Positions 52,764-63,286 of a stretch of DNA of 64,000 bases are shown piece after piece (the first letter of the stretch is position 1; every line of letters starts with the position of its first letter). The stretch comes from a virus. Lineage: Duplodnaviria; Caudoviricetes. The position numbers were made by a program, and so were the translations under genes. The DNA lies in the IMG/VR virus record IMGVR_UViG_2595698222_000001, positions 12,031 through 76,030 of that record; one strand, 5' to 3'. A model generated the notes under the pieces. That model saw nothing but the letters and a program-made list of their open reading frames with translations, had not been told where the DNA came from and ran no database searches.

Positions 52764-54083
52764 ATGCCATTTAATGTATTGGACGCTATTAGCGTAGATG
52801 AAAGACTGAATTTTGCCCAGAACTTTGCAGTTGCAAGGCCGACTGTTCTGGATACCATTTTCCCGGATATTAAAACCCAGCATTTTAAAGCGGAGTATTA
52901 TCGATTAATGCAGGGGCAGAACTTGCCGACACCGGCATTTGTACATGCCCTGGATACCGAAGCCCATATTGGTGTCCGCCCAACATTTGAGAAAGTATTG
53001 ACTGAAAAACTTTTCATCAAAGAGAAAATTAATCAGTCAGAGCAGCTTCAGATGTATATTACTAACGGCGTACCTGATGATGACGGCTTAATCAAGTGGG
53101 TATTTGATGATATTGGCCGGCTGTCTGAAAGCGTTGTTACCAGAACCAAAATTGCTAAAGGTCAGTTAATGAGCCGTGGTATCATGAAAATCAAGGAGAA
53201 CAACCTTGATATGGTTATTGATTTTGGAATCCCGGCAGAACAGAAGATTGTTTTTGGTGACTGGTCAGATCCGGAATATGATATCTTCTCTGACTTTCAG
53301 CGAGCGGTAAAGATTCTGAAAGACCAGGGCAAGCTTGTCACTAAAGTGTTGACTTCTGATACACAGATCCAGCGTATGAGAAAAAATAAATCCATTCAGA
53401 CAGCTATTTATGGAGCAATCAATCTTGGTAAACTTGTTACCATGGCCGAGTTACGTTCAATTCTTCTGGAAGAATTCGGATTCTCCCTTGAATCTTGTGA
53501 TGAAAGGTACGCATATGTAAAGGTTGACGGCTCCCGGGCAAACGGACGTTATTTTGATGAGGATAAAGTTACTTTTTATACGGCTAATGCGTCTGGTGGT
53601 GCTGGTGTTGGCCTATGGGGACCTACTCCTGAAGAGGCTGATTATGCAGCGTTCCAGGAAGCATTGCAGAAAATGTATGTAACTGTAACCATGTGGTCTA
53701 CAAAAGACCCGGTGGCTAAATGGACTAAGGCTTCCGGTATGTTTATCCCGGTTCTTCCAGACCCATATGGAATTGTAATTGCCACCGTAGTGACTGGTTC
53801 TGGAACACTTGGAACCCTGACGGTTAATTCTATTGCTGGTACGGCTACGGGTGATACCAAAGTAACTGCTTCCCCAGCAAAGGCAAGCGGAAATTCCTAT
53901 AAGTATAAAGTGGGCGATTCCGCGACCGCTGTAACCTATGGACAGAATGTCCAGACATGGAGTGCTTGGGACGGTAGTGCGGATATTACGGCAGCAACTG
54001 GCAAGGTGATTACCATTGTTGAATGTGACTCCAGCTACAAGGCAGTTAAGGCAGGTAATGCTACGGTAACGGCTAAATCATAA
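52764..54083 (+). CDS. major capsid protein with C-terminal Ig-like extension
   Basis: gpE-like core ending DPV..WTKASG.FIPVL; about 90-aa Thr/Ala-rich beta tail. Confidence 0.8.
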   Translation: MPFNVLDAISVDERLNFAQNFAVARPTVLDTIFPDIKTQHFKAEYYRLMQGQNLPTPAFVHALDTEAHIGVRPTFEKVLTEKLFIKEKINQSEQLQMYITNGVPDDDGLIKWVFDDIGRLSESVVTRTKIAKGQLMSRGIMKIKENNLDMVIDFGIPAEQKIVFGDWSDPEYDIFSDFQRAVKILKDQGKLVTKVLTSDTQIQRMRKNKSIQTAIYGAINLGKLVTMAELRSILLEEFGFSLESCDERYAYVKVDGSRANGRYFDEDKVTFYTANASGGAGVGLWGPTPEEADYAAFQEALQKMYVTVTMWSTKDPVAKWTKASGMFIPVLPDPYGIVIATVVTGSGTLGTLTVNSIAGTATGDTKVTASPAKASGNSYKYKVGDSATAVTYGQNVQTWSAWDGSADITAATGKVITIVECDSSYKAVKAGNATVTAKS

Positions 54084-54100
54084 GAAAGGCGGTGAGGTGA

Positions 54101-54421
54101 GTGGAAATGGAAATCTTGGCTGACATGAGTACATATCTTGGTGACGAAGTAAGCGAACAGGATAATCCGGTTCTGCTCATTCTCATCAATCGGGCAATTC
54201 GTAAGGTGAGTTCCAAGCGTTATCCATATGGGTATACTGACACACAAAAAGAAGCGGCGGTTTCAAAGTACCGGGATACGGTCTTTGACGCTGCTGTTTA
54301 TTATTGGGCGAAGCAGGGAAGTGAGGGGCAGAGCTCGCATTCTGAAAACGGGATTTCCCGGGGATATCAGAATGAAGATGATCTTTATTTTGATGTGGTG
54401 CCTATGGTAAAGACTTTATAA
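54101..54421 (+). CDS. head-tail connector (gp15-like)
   Basis: G.EGQSSHSENGISR motif. Confidence 0.75.
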   Translation: MEMEILADMSTYLGDEVSEQDNPVLLILINRAIRKVSSKRYPYGYTDTQKEAAVSKYRDTVFDAAVYYWAKQGSEGQSSHSENGISRGYQNEDDLYFDVVPMVKTL

Positions 54422-54597
54422 CTTATATTTTAGACGGTGCGTGTCTGGCTAACCTCCCGGCCGGACGCAGGGTGTATGTCAGTAAATGGTGGTGGGCAGG
54501 CATACTTATTATGTCTGGGAGGAATACTTTAATTGAATAACTTCTTTTATTTGCTATCATTATGTTTTATAATGGTTGTGAAAGGAGTGTAGTTCTT

Positions 54598-55152
54598 ATG
54601 GAAAATACATTAAGTGAATTAATAATCAATCTATTAGATGGAAATTTTATTTCAACAATTCTTGGGGTTTTGGCTGGAGGAATAATTACTATAAAGATAA
54701 ATGAATGGACTAATAAAGAAGTAATTAAAATGGAGATAAAAACTAACTTATGGAAGCAGCTTGCTGATTTATTAAATACGGCGGACGATAATATTGTAGT
54801 ATTTAAATCATTAGTACAACGTGAGGATATGCAGTTAATTGATTACATAATCTCTTTTCAAAAACTTATTGATGATTTAGTTAAAATTTTCAAAAAAGTT
54901 AATGATATGCTAATAAATTACGGATTCTTATGCATTGATGTACCTAATATGACTTTGGAACTAAAGGAAATTTTAATAAATATGCAAAATAAAGATATTC
55001 AAAGTATTGAAGAAATAAAAGAAGCTCTAGAAATAGTGAGGAATTCTTTTATATTACTAGGTATTGGATTACAAAAAAGTTTACTGAAGGGTTTATATAA
55101 GAAAAGTGACTATCGAAAATTATTAAAAATCGGAAAGAACGCATCAAATTAA
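54598..55152 (+). CDS. membrane-anchored moron
   Basis: N-terminal TM, low GC, own promoter and terminator within late operon. Confidence 0.7.
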   Translation: MENTLSELIINLLDGNFISTILGVLAGGIITIKINEWTNKEVIKMEIKTNLWKQLADLLNTADDNIVVFKSLVQREDMQLIDYIISFQKLIDDLVKIFKKVNDMLINYGFLCIDVPNMTLELKEILINMQNKDIQSIEEIKEALEIVRNSFILLGIGLQKSLLKGLYKKSDYRKLLKIGKNASN

Positions 55153-55186
55153 GCGTTCTTTTTTATTTCGAATTAGGAGTTGACAT

Positions 55187-55621
55187 GTGAGAGGGTTGAA
55201 GCGTAACCAGAAATCATTATACTATCAGCTTTATTCAGAGCATATCCCGGTTTATGAAACCGATTTGGACGGCAATATCATCTATGATCCAGTGACTGGA
55301 GAACCACTTCGTACTGGTGATTATACTGTAGGGTATGCGGACCCGGTGGAGTTCAGGGCGAGGGTGTCTGCAGCCAGAGGAGAAGCCTCGACTGACCCAT
55401 TCGGTGTGAATACCGAGTACGACAAGACAATAAGTGATTGCAGCATGAAGCTGCCGATTGATGAGTTGTCCGTACTGTATGTAGATAAGAAACCGGAATT
55501 TGACTCTGATGGTAATCTAATGAATAAACCGGACTACAAAGTTGTCAAAGTGGCAGGAGATATCAATTCTACGCTCTATGCTATTAAACAATTGCCAGAT
55601 GGAGGTGCGAAGAATGGTTAA
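55187..55621 (+). CDS. head closure protein (putative)
   Basis: position; FG...YDK; DYKVVKVA. Confidence 0.65.
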   Translation: MRGLKRNQKSLYYQLYSEHIPVYETDLDGNIIYDPVTGEPLRTGDYTVGYADPVEFRARVSAARGEASTDPFGVNTEYDKTISDCSMKLPIDELSVLYVDKKPEFDSDGNLMNKPDYKVVKVAGDINSTLYAIKQLPDGGAKNG

Positions 55622-55967
55622 GTACAAAAAGAAACCAGTGGTATTTGAAGCCTTTAGATTTCAGCTTGATGATGTAATGCCAGACTGGTTCAATGAAAAG
55701 CGTATTAAAAATGAAATTATTACTCATGAAGATGGAACGTGCGATATAAAGACGCTTGAAGGGACTATGAGAGCCGACAAAGGCGATTATGTAATTCTGG
55801 GCGTAAAAGGCGAGATATATCCCTGTAAGCCGGATATATTCGAAGCAACCTATGAAAAAGTTTGGCCTTTATCTTCATTACTAGAAAATCAAAAAACAGA
55901 TGTTGGTTCTATGACTGATGAAGAATGGAAAAAATATCTTAATCGCTTAAAATGTCCAGGAGAGTAA
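55614..55967 (+). CDS. conserved phage protein
   Basis: KYKKKPVV.EA...TLEG.M.A..GDYVI.GV.GEIYPCKPDIF. Confidence 0.75.
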   Translation: MVKYKKKPVVFEAFRFQLDDVMPDWFNEKRIKNEIITHEDGTCDIKTLEGTMRADKGDYVILGVKGEIYPCKPDIFEATYEKVWPLSSLLENQKTDVGSMTDEEWKKYLNRLKCPGE

Positions 55968-56482
55968 TTCGAGGAAACTTTTCCTCAAAAGGAATCCAGG
56001 ACATCATAAACCAACTTAAGCAGTATAAAGCAGACTTGTACCGAAAAGCTGAATTGCTATGTCAACGTTTAGCGGAAGCCGGACAGACAGTTGCCCTGCA
56101 AAGCATTAGTGAATCCCCCTTAGGTAAAACAATTACCCTCTGGGTGGAAATGGAGCCGCGGAAAGACGGTTGCAAGGCCATTCTGGTTGCTACCGGGCAA
56201 ATAAAGTCTAATGACTACGGCACCATTAACACCTTGCTTCTGGTTGAGTTTGGAGCCGGCGCCTTCTATAATCCGTCAGATAATCCGAAAGCCGGAGAGA
56301 TGGGATATGGAATCGGAACATTCCCCGGACAGATCCATGCCTTTGAAGATGGGTGGTACTATTGGGGCGAAGATGAGAAGTGGCACTACACCCATGGTAC
56401 AAAAGCCACAATGCCAATGTATAATGCTTCTTCGGCTATACGGACGCGAGTGGCGGCCATTGCAAAGGAGGTTTTCCAGTAA
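55952..56482 (+). CDS. neck / HK97 gp10-like protein
   Basis: VEFGAG, THG..A.MPMY; position. Confidence 0.65.
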   Translation: MSRRVIRGNFSSKGIQDIINQLKQYKADLYRKAELLCQRLAEAGQTVALQSISESPLGKTITLWVEMEPRKDGCKAILVATGQIKSNDYGTINTLLLVEFGAGAFYNPSDNPKAGEMGYGIGTFPGQIHAFEDGWYYWGEDEKWHYTHGTKATMPMYNASSAIRTRVAAIAKEVFQ

Positions 56483-56865
56483 TGCTTGATATTTCCTCTT
56501 TGGTTTATACCCGGTTGGTGAATGATGAAACACTGAAAAAATATATCAAAGGAAGCGGCACCACTAGGAACGATACACCTTCGGCTTTTCCCTACCTTTA
56601 TTTCAAAAGCCTGGGCCAGCCGACAACAAGCAGTTCTCTGCAGAACAAGCAGTGTGCCATATCTGCTGATTTTGAAATTATTGTATATGATTCCGGATCT
56701 TTCAGCAAGGCAAAACAGTTAATTTTTCTTGCGGCAGATATAATGACAGAATTAGGGTTCACATTAAAATTTGGTCCTCTTGAAGTGGATCGTTCTAATA
56801 CAACAGAAGCATATCGCTGGATTGCAAGGTTTCATAGGACCTATTGCGAGGGTGATTTGATATAA
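56482..56865 (+). CDS. tail terminator protein (putative)
   Basis: P..FPY, position before tail tube gene. Confidence 0.65.
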   Translation: MLDISSLVYTRLVNDETLKKYIKGSGTTRNDTPSAFPYLYFKSLGQPTTSSSLQNKQCAISADFEIIVYDSGSFSKAKQLIFLAADIMTELGFTLKFGPLEVDRSNTTEAYRWIARFHRTYCEGDLI

Positions 56866-56938
56866 AAATAAGAGCAATTAACTTTGAGCTTCGTCTAATG
56901 GTGAAGTTCTTTTTTATGCAAAAAGGAGGATATGACCT

Positions 56939-57430
56939 ATGGCAAAAGCTGTAGATTTATCAACTGCCGGTATCCATGTCGGATATGGGATCGAAACAAC
57001 AACTGGAACAAAGCCCACAACCTTTACTGATCTGCCGAATCCCAAAAGTATTCCTGACTTTAATCCAGAAGTAGGTAGCTATGATGTAACATCTTTGAAT
57101 GATACTATCTGGAAACGTTATATTGATGGGCTGAAAGATCCGGGAGGAGCCCTTGCAATCACGTTTGGTATGTCACAAATGTTCCTGGATATGTGGGAAG
57201 CTCTTTGTGATGAGTATGATACGGCTAAAATATCAAATAAACGTATGTGGCTGGAATTTTATCACCCGAGACTAACAAAGGCTTTTTACTTTACTTGCGT
57301 GCCAGCAAGATTAGGTTGGGCGGCTTCCGACGTTGACAATGCTTGGGATACCAGTATATCTGTTACACCAACCGGAGAAATCGGGTGGGATGATCCTATT
57401 GTTCCAACTGAACCATCGGAAGAACCTTAA
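56939..57430 (+). CDS. major tail (tube) protein
   Basis: DVTSL....KRYIDGLKDPGG. Confidence 0.8.
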   Translation: MAKAVDLSTAGIHVGYGIETTTGTKPTTFTDLPNPKSIPDFNPEVGSYDVTSLNDTIWKRYIDGLKDPGGALAITFGMSQMFLDMWEALCDEYDTAKISNKRMWLEFYHPRLTKAFYFTCVPARLGWAASDVDNAWDTSISVTPTGEIGWDDPIVPTEPSEEP

Positions 57431-57455
57431 TAAAAAGTATGGGAGGTATTAAAAT

Positions 57456-57953
57456 ATGAGGATTTTAACGATTGGCGGTAAGGACTATAATGTGGAATTT
57501 TCCTTTGAAGCTGCAGAGTATAAAGATTGTGTGGACAGTATATTCAAAGTTATTTCTGGCAGTTACATTATGAAGAATGGGCCAACTGATGAGAATGAAA
57601 AGATATCTGTTGCAACGGCCATATTGAATGGTACATCTGATATGGTTTCAGACATTCCCAAAATCGCTGTTACGGCTCTTTATGCCGGCTTGCTGGAAAA
57701 CAATCCGGTGGAAAACGAACAGGCAGCCAAAGCTCTATTTAAGCAGTTTGTCAAGGAGAAACCAGACGATGAGCGTGCTTCATTCTGGGGAATGTATGAT
57801 TTTCTGAGAGACTGCATGGAAGAAGATGGTTTTTTCAAACTCACCGGAATGGACAAGGTAATTGCTCAGATGAGCGAAGCGGCGGAAGAACAGAAGTCCA
57901 AATCCGGGAAGATACCACAGGATCACAAAAGGAAATCAACTTCCACAAAATAA
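57456..57953 (+). CDS. tail assembly chaperone
   Basis: between tail tube and tape measure genes. Confidence 0.7.
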   Translation: MRILTIGGKDYNVEFSFEAAEYKDCVDSIFKVISGSYIMKNGPTDENEKISVATAILNGTSDMVSDIPKIAVTALYAGLLENNPVENEQAAKALFKQFVKEKPDDERASFWGMYDFLRDCMEEDGFFKLTGMDKVIAQMSEAAEEQKSKSGKIPQDHKRKSTSTK

Positions 57954-57967
57954 TCTGGGAACAGTAT

Positions 57968-58312
57968 TTGCCAGAAGCATTAAATATGGGGGTTCCGTAT
58001 GATTTATTCTGGCGGTTAAATCCTCGGAAGCTTCTGCCATTTGTAGAGGCATATCGAAGAAAGCAGCAACAACGTAGTGACGAAATGTGGCTCATGGGCC
58101 AGTATGTTGCTTCAGCTTTGGACGCTACTGTATGTAATGCAATGCCATTTATTAAAAGAAAGTGGAGAGGTAAGTATTTTGAAGAACCAATACGTGTAAC
58201 ACCAAAGACAGAAGAGGAAAAGCGGTCAGAAAGTGAAAAAGCTTTACAAGGGTTCATCTTTGCTGCTGGAACAATGGAAAATGATATGAAACGTAAAAAG
58301 AAAGGCGAGTGA
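57968..58312 (+). CDS. tail assembly chaperone, second part (likely -1 frameshift extension)
   Basis: no good RBS; -1 frame is open across the end of the upstream gene. Confidence 0.6.
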   Translation: MPEALNMGVPYDLFWRLNPRKLLPFVEAYRRKQQQRSDEMWLMGQYVASALDATVCNAMPFIKRKWRGKYFEEPIRVTPKTEEEKRSESEKALQGFIFAAGTMENDMKRKKKGE

Positions 58313-58363
58313 TAGACGAAAATTCACTCGCCTTTTTTTGTATGTGCAAAGGGCGGTGAAACC

Positions 58364-61300
58364 ATGTCAGATGTTATTGATGATTTAAAAGTCCAAATAG
58401 ACGCCAGTACAAATAGTGCTGATGCCAAAATTGATAAATTCATACAAAAGATGATGTCTCTGCAATCTGCCATATCCGGGATTGAAATGTCCGGTGCAAG
58501 TCAGGTGGCCTCTGGCATAAATCAGATTGCTTCATCTATCCAAAGCTTTAATGAACGGACTAAAACTGCGGATTTTTCCAGAATAACCGTAGGGCTTAAT
58601 AAACTGTCGGCGGTTGACGTTCAGGGAGTAAGCAATACCGCTCACGCCATGGAAAGCTTTGCAAATAGTATAAATGGAATTGGTAATCTCAAATTTGATA
58701 CGGAAACTCTGAATAATATTGCAAATTCCATTTCAAAGCTGGGACGTGCTTCGGTTACGGAGGCAACACAGAATCTGGAATTTTTAAAAACCAGTATGGC
58801 AGATTTTGTTTCCGGAATGAACAATGTGGGAAGTCTGAATTTTAATCCGGATTCTCTATATAAACTGGTGTCCTCAATAAGTAGGTTGGGTGGTATTAAT
58901 GCCACACAGGCGGTAAAGAACCTTCCGCAGATTTCAACCTCCCTGCACAGTTTTGTTTCCAGTATGAATTCTGTTGGCGGTGTCACGTTTAATATTGAGG
59001 GACTTAATTCTCTTGTGAACAATATTAGCCACCTTGGTGGGGCAAAAGCTACACAGGCCACAGCAAACCTTAAGCCAATAAAGGACCAGCTTTTAAGGTT
59101 TGTGAGTGGTCTGAACGGGATAGGTGCGCTCAATTTTGATACAAGTGGGTTGGAAAATCTCGTTTCTTCTATAACAAAGCTGGGTGGAAAATCTGCAAGC
59201 AATGCAATTCCTAATATTCAGAACCTTGGAATATCCTTAAGAAATCTGATGGCCACTCTGTCCAGTGCCCCACGGGTCAGCAATAATCTTATTCAAATAA
59301 CAAATGCTCTGGCAAAATTGGCTTCCAGTGGTTCCAAAGTGTCAAGTGCCAGCGTTGCAATGAGTAATGGTTTGAAATCGTACACAGGTCGGACGGGAAA
59401 AGCCATGTTAGGAATAAAGGGGCTTGCAGCGTCTATTGGAATGTTCTACGCCAGATGGTGGGCGGTAATTCGTGGAATGAAAGGTCTATGGAAAGCAACG
59501 GAAGCTTCTATGGACTATATTGAGACATTGAATTATTTTGACGCCGCCTGGGGGCAAGTAGCAGATGCCGGGGTAAAAAACTGGGAGAAGTCTGGCTATG
59601 AATCAGCAGAAGCCTATGCCAAATCATTCAGCAAACGTGCACAGGAATTAACGGGGAAAATGTCCGGCTTCATGGCAGATGAGAATGGGAATTTAAAATC
59701 TACCGGTGCGGTTAGTCTTGGTATTGATCCAGAAAGGCTTATGAATTATCAGGCTACTTTTGGTCAGATGGCTTCCTCTATGGGAGTAGCCTCTGAAACG
59801 GCCCTGCAGCTATCTAACGCTTTAACTATGATAGGTGCAGATCTTGCTTCCGTAAAGAACTTGAATTTCAAAGATGTATGGGAGGATATGGCTTCCGGCA
59901 TGGTCGGCATGAGTCGGACTCTAGATAAATACGGCGTAAATATCCGCAATGTAAATTTGCAAGAAAAATTAAGTGAACTTGGTATTATGGCAAAGGTTTC
60001 GGCTCTAAATCAGCAGGACAAGGCCTTATTACGTGCCATTATCTTATTGGATTCCACTCGGTACGCCTGGGGAGATTTGGCTAGCACTTTAGACGCGCCT
60101 TCAAACCAGTTACGACTTCTACAATCAAATTTTGCGAACCTTGCAAGGACGATAGGGAATTTATTTCTGCCTATTGTTGCCAAGGTTCTTCCTTATATTA
60201 ATGCTCTGGTAATAGCATTACAGCGGTTATTCTCATGGGTCGGCGGACTTTTGGGTATTAAGGTAGGGGATTTCAGCTCTTCTATTGGTTCTGCCGCCAC
60301 AGACTTTGGAGATATGGAAGATGCAGCAGATGGGATTGCAGATAGCACAGGAGATGCAGCGAAAAATACTAAAAAGATGGCAGACAATTTACAAGGTTTT
60401 GATAAATTAAATGTCGTAAGCTCAAAAGATTCTTCTGGTGGTAAAGGTGGTAGTGGCGGCGTCGATGGAGGTTTATTAGATGAAGCTTTTTTGAACTCTT
60501 TGTCCGAATATCAGAAAGTTTGGGAAGCTGCATTTGCAAATGTGGAAAATAGTGCACAGGCAATGGCTGATAAAATTGTAAATGCATTTAAGGTCGGTGA
60601 TTATTACGGTATAGGAAAATACATAGGAGATGGCTTAACAGGGGCTTTAGAAAGTATAAGCTGGTCTGCAGTTTATTCTATTGCGGGTGGATTCGGTACG
60701 GGATTGGCAGAATTTTTAAATAGCCTTATTTCGCCTGAATTGTTTGGGGCAGTAGGTAAGACGATTGCAGGGGCTTTAAATACTGCTCTGTATACCGCGC
60801 TTGCTTTTGGCATAGCTTTTGACTGGACGAATCTGGGATATTCTAGTGCCAATGGAATTAACAATTTTTTCAATACATTTGACTTTGCTTCTGCCGGAGC
60901 GGCGGTTAACGTCTGGGCTAAAGGTCTGTTAGACGCATTAATAGAGGCACTGGATAATATAAACTGGTCTCTAATAGGAACTAAAATTGGAACATTCCTT
61001 GAATCTATAGATTTCATTGAAATAGGTGGAAAAGTAGGGGAAGCAATATGGAAAGCCATAAATGCAGGTATAGAGCTTTGGGGGAGTTCTTTTAAGACAG
61101 CACCTGTTGAAACGACAATGCTTACAGCATTTGGTCTGCTGAAATTCACAGGACTTGGAAAGTTGTTGTCTGGGAAAATAATGCGATCACTGGCTAAAGG
61201 ATTGTCTTTCTCTGGAATTGGAACATTACTAGTAAAAGCATTTCCTAGAAGCACTATTATAACCACGATAACTACAACTATGGCTCAAACTGGTGCTTCT

Positions 61301-62731
61301 TTACCATCAGTATTGTTTGGTGTGATATGGGTACCTATACAGACTTTTTTCACTACAACATTACCTGGATTAATAGGTGGAGCAATAAGTGGTTTAGGTG
61401 CAAGCATTGCCGGTGGAATAGCAGCATTGGCCGCAGCTCTTGGAATAAGCGTAACTGCCGCAGCTGCACTTGTGGTAGGTGTAGTTGTTGCAGCTATAGC
61501 CACAGTAGTATATGCTTTTACACATTGGGATGAAATTAAAGAATTTTGGACAAAGAAAGTTCCTGAATGGTGGAACACTTCCGTGTTGCCTTTTTTTGAA
61601 TCTATTCCAGATAAACTCTCTGCAGTGTGGGATAAGGTAAAGTCTACAGCTACTTCTTCATGGGATAAATTGATTCAATATCTGACTGGCATACCGGGGA
61701 AAATAGGAAATATTGTTACAGACATCGCTGATTGGTTTAATGAATTACCTGGGAAGATTGGATATGCTTTAGGGTATGCTCTGGGAACCATTACAAAATG
61801 GGGCTTAGAAGTAGCAGAATATATGGCTAAGAAAATCCCCGAAATAATAGCTTCTGTGGTAAAATGGTTTTCTGAAATGCCTGGGAAGATATATACTGGA
61901 ATTTCTACCTTTATAACAAATGTTGCAACCTGGGGAACAGAAATTTACAATGCATTTAACCAAAAAGTATCTGAAATAATTGTCGGCACTGTGAAATGGT
62001 TCTCTGAAATGCCCGGGAAGATATACGATACAATAATAAAAATCAAAGAGAAAATATCAACATGGGCCACGAATACCGTATCATTTTTTAAAACAGAGGT
62101 TCCTACTATTGTAGATAAGGTGATAGAATTCTTTGGAGAATTACCGAAGAAAATGGTTACTATAGGCGAAAATGTCATTAAAGGTCTATGGGAAGGTATT
62201 ACGAATTTGACGGACTGGCTGGGAACTGGTATCGCCTCTTTTACTAAAGGCGTAATTGATGGGTTTAAAAAAGGCTTTGATGAACATTCTCCCTCGAAAA
62301 AAGCGTTCCAGATTGGTGATTATTTTACCATCGGAATGATGAATGGTATTGAGGATAAATTTGGTGTAATTTATTCTAAAGTAGATTCTTTTGCTGACAA
62401 ACTAACAGATTATAATATTTCTCTGCCATCAATAGATACCAACGTACAAGTCAGCAGGGAATTCTTTGATATGGTAGATACAAAAGCCTCTGTTTCCTAC
62501 GATACACCTTCTTATGATTTTAAGGCCGGCATATCCGCAGAATTGCATGCAGCGTTATCTGGAATTATTGATTATGAGAAGATGGCAAAGACTATGGCAC
62601 CGATTGTAGCTGATGCGTTAGAGCATGCAGATATAAAAGCAAAGATTGGTCAGCAAGAAGTTTGGAAAAGTACAAAAGATAGTTGGAATCAGGATTATAG
62701 AAAGTTAAAAAAAGCACCAGTACCAATTTGA
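58364..62731 (+). CDS. tape measure protein
   Basis: 1455 aa, Ala/Gly-rich helical repeats with periodic W/F. Confidence 0.9.
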   Translation: MSDVIDDLKVQIDASTNSADAKIDKFIQKMMSLQSAISGIEMSGASQVASGINQIASSIQSFNERTKTADFSRITVGLNKLSAVDVQGVSNTAHAMESFANSINGIGNLKFDTETLNNIANSISKLGRASVTEATQNLEFLKTSMADFVSGMNNVGSLNFNPDSLYKLVSSISRLGGINATQAVKNLPQISTSLHSFVSSMNSVGGVTFNIEGLNSLVNNISHLGGAKATQATANLKPIKDQLLRFVSGLNGIGALNFDTSGLENLVSSITKLGGKSASNAIPNIQNLGISLRNLMATLSSAPRVSNNLIQITNALAKLASSGSKVSSASVAMSNGLKSYTGRTGKAMLGIKGLAASIGMFYARWWAVIRGMKGLWKATEASMDYIETLNYFDAAWGQVADAGVKNWEKSGYESAEAYAKSFSKRAQELTGKMSGFMADENGNLKSTGAVSLGIDPERLMNYQATFGQMASSMGVASETALQLSNALTMIGADLASVKNLNFKDVWEDMASGMVGMSRTLDKYGVNIRNVNLQEKLSELGIMAKVSALNQQDKALLRAIILLDSTRYAWGDLASTLDAPSNQLRLLQSNFANLARTIGNLFLPIVAKVLPYINALVIALQRLFSWVGGLLGIKVGDFSSSIGSAATDFGDMEDAADGIADSTGDAAKNTKKMADNLQGFDKLNVVSSKDSSGGKGGSGGVDGGLLDEAFLNSLSEYQKVWEAAFANVENSAQAMADKIVNAFKVGDYYGIGKYIGDGLTGALESISWSAVYSIAGGFGTGLAEFLNSLISPELFGAVGKTIAGALNTALYTALAFGIAFDWTNLGYSSANGINNFFNTFDFASAGAAVNVWAKGLLDALIEALDNINWSLIGTKIGTFLESIDFIEIGGKVGEAIWKAINAGIELWGSSFKTAPVETTMLTAFGLLKFTGLGKLLSGKIMRSLAKGLSFSGIGTLLVKAFPRSTIITTITTTMAQTGASLPSVLFGVIWVPIQTFFTTTLPGLIGGAISGLGASIAGGIAALAAALGISVTAAAALVVGVVVAAIATVVYAFTHWDEIKEFWTKKVPEWWNTSVLPFFESIPDKLSAVWDKVKSTATSSWDKLIQYLTGIPGKIGNIVTDIADWFNELPGKIGYALGYALGTITKWGLEVAEYMAKKIPEIIASVVKWFSEMPGKIYTGISTFITNVATWGTEIYNAFNQKVSEIIVGTVKWFSEMPGKIYDTIIKIKEKISTWATNTVSFFKTEVPTIVDKVIEFFGELPKKMVTIGENVIKGLWEGITNLTDWLGTGIASFTKGVIDGFKKGFDEHSPSKKAFQIGDYFTIGMMNGIEDKFGVIYSKVDSFADKLTDYNISLPSIDTNVQVSREFFDMVDTKASVSYDTPSYDFKAGISAELHAALSGIIDYEKMAKTMAPIVADALEHADIKAKIGQQEVWKSTKDSWNQDYRKLKKAPVPI

Positions 62732-62737
62732 TTTAAG

Positions 62738-62779
62738 GGCCATAGACTCTTCCAATGTGGATAGCCTATGGCCTTTTTT
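62738..62779 (+). terminator. intrinsic terminator after tape measure gene
   Basis: GGCCATAG/CTATGGCC stem followed by T6. Confidence 0.7.
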
Positions 62780-62791
62780 GTTTTATTATTA

Positions 62792-63074
62792 AAATAGCAA
62801 TTTAACCGCTTTAGGCGATAACCTTGGTGGCAAGAAAACCATTTCCGGGGTCACTGAGGTAACCCTTGATGCCAATGGATACGGCCTAGTTAATTTTGGC
62901 TATGTGTTTGCCAACACCTACACTAATGTTATTATTAGTAACAATACGGGGTTGTATTTCCAGTACGAAATCTACCCTGGAGGTTTTGGCGTGTGGGTAT
63001 TTGATGCAAATGGAACAAAGCTAATTAATACGAAAATCTGGGTCACATGGATAGCTCATGGGACGGCAAAATGA
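62792..63074 (+). other. silent tail-fibre tip cassette 4a (93 aa, gp53-like)
   Basis: manual translation NSNLTALGDNLGGKKTISG...VNFGYVF...VTWIAHGTAK*; stop inside AAATGATCATTT. Confidence 0.8.
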
Positions 63075-63102
63075 TCATTTAATATTTTTTGACAAGTGAT
63101 TC

Positions 63103-63286
63103 TTAAACCAATTTGAAGGCTCCCACATAAATGTCATCTATAAATAATTGAAGTACTCCTGCATCATCCCATCTAATAGATGCCCTGGAGGTTATTCGAT
63201 AATTGAGAGCATTTGTTGTATTATTCAATACAGTATTCGTGTTTTCCAATGCACTAGCATTTGCTTTTAATGCTAAATTGCTATTT
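63103..63286 (-). other. silent tail-fibre tip cassette 4b (60 aa)
   Basis: NSNLALKANASALEN...IRWDDAGVLQLFIDDIYVGAFKLV*; N-terminus matches cassette 2a, C-terminus resembles 3a. Confidence 0.8.

Noticed and set aside
57828-57953. Exact slippery site for the tail chaperone frameshift
   Set aside because: The -1 frame is open near the gene end but no canonical X-XXY-YYZ heptamer is placed convincingly; site not called
58642-62178. Minus-strand ORFs within the tape measure gene (and similar shadows in other long genes)
   Set aside because: Antisense shadows of strongly supported genes
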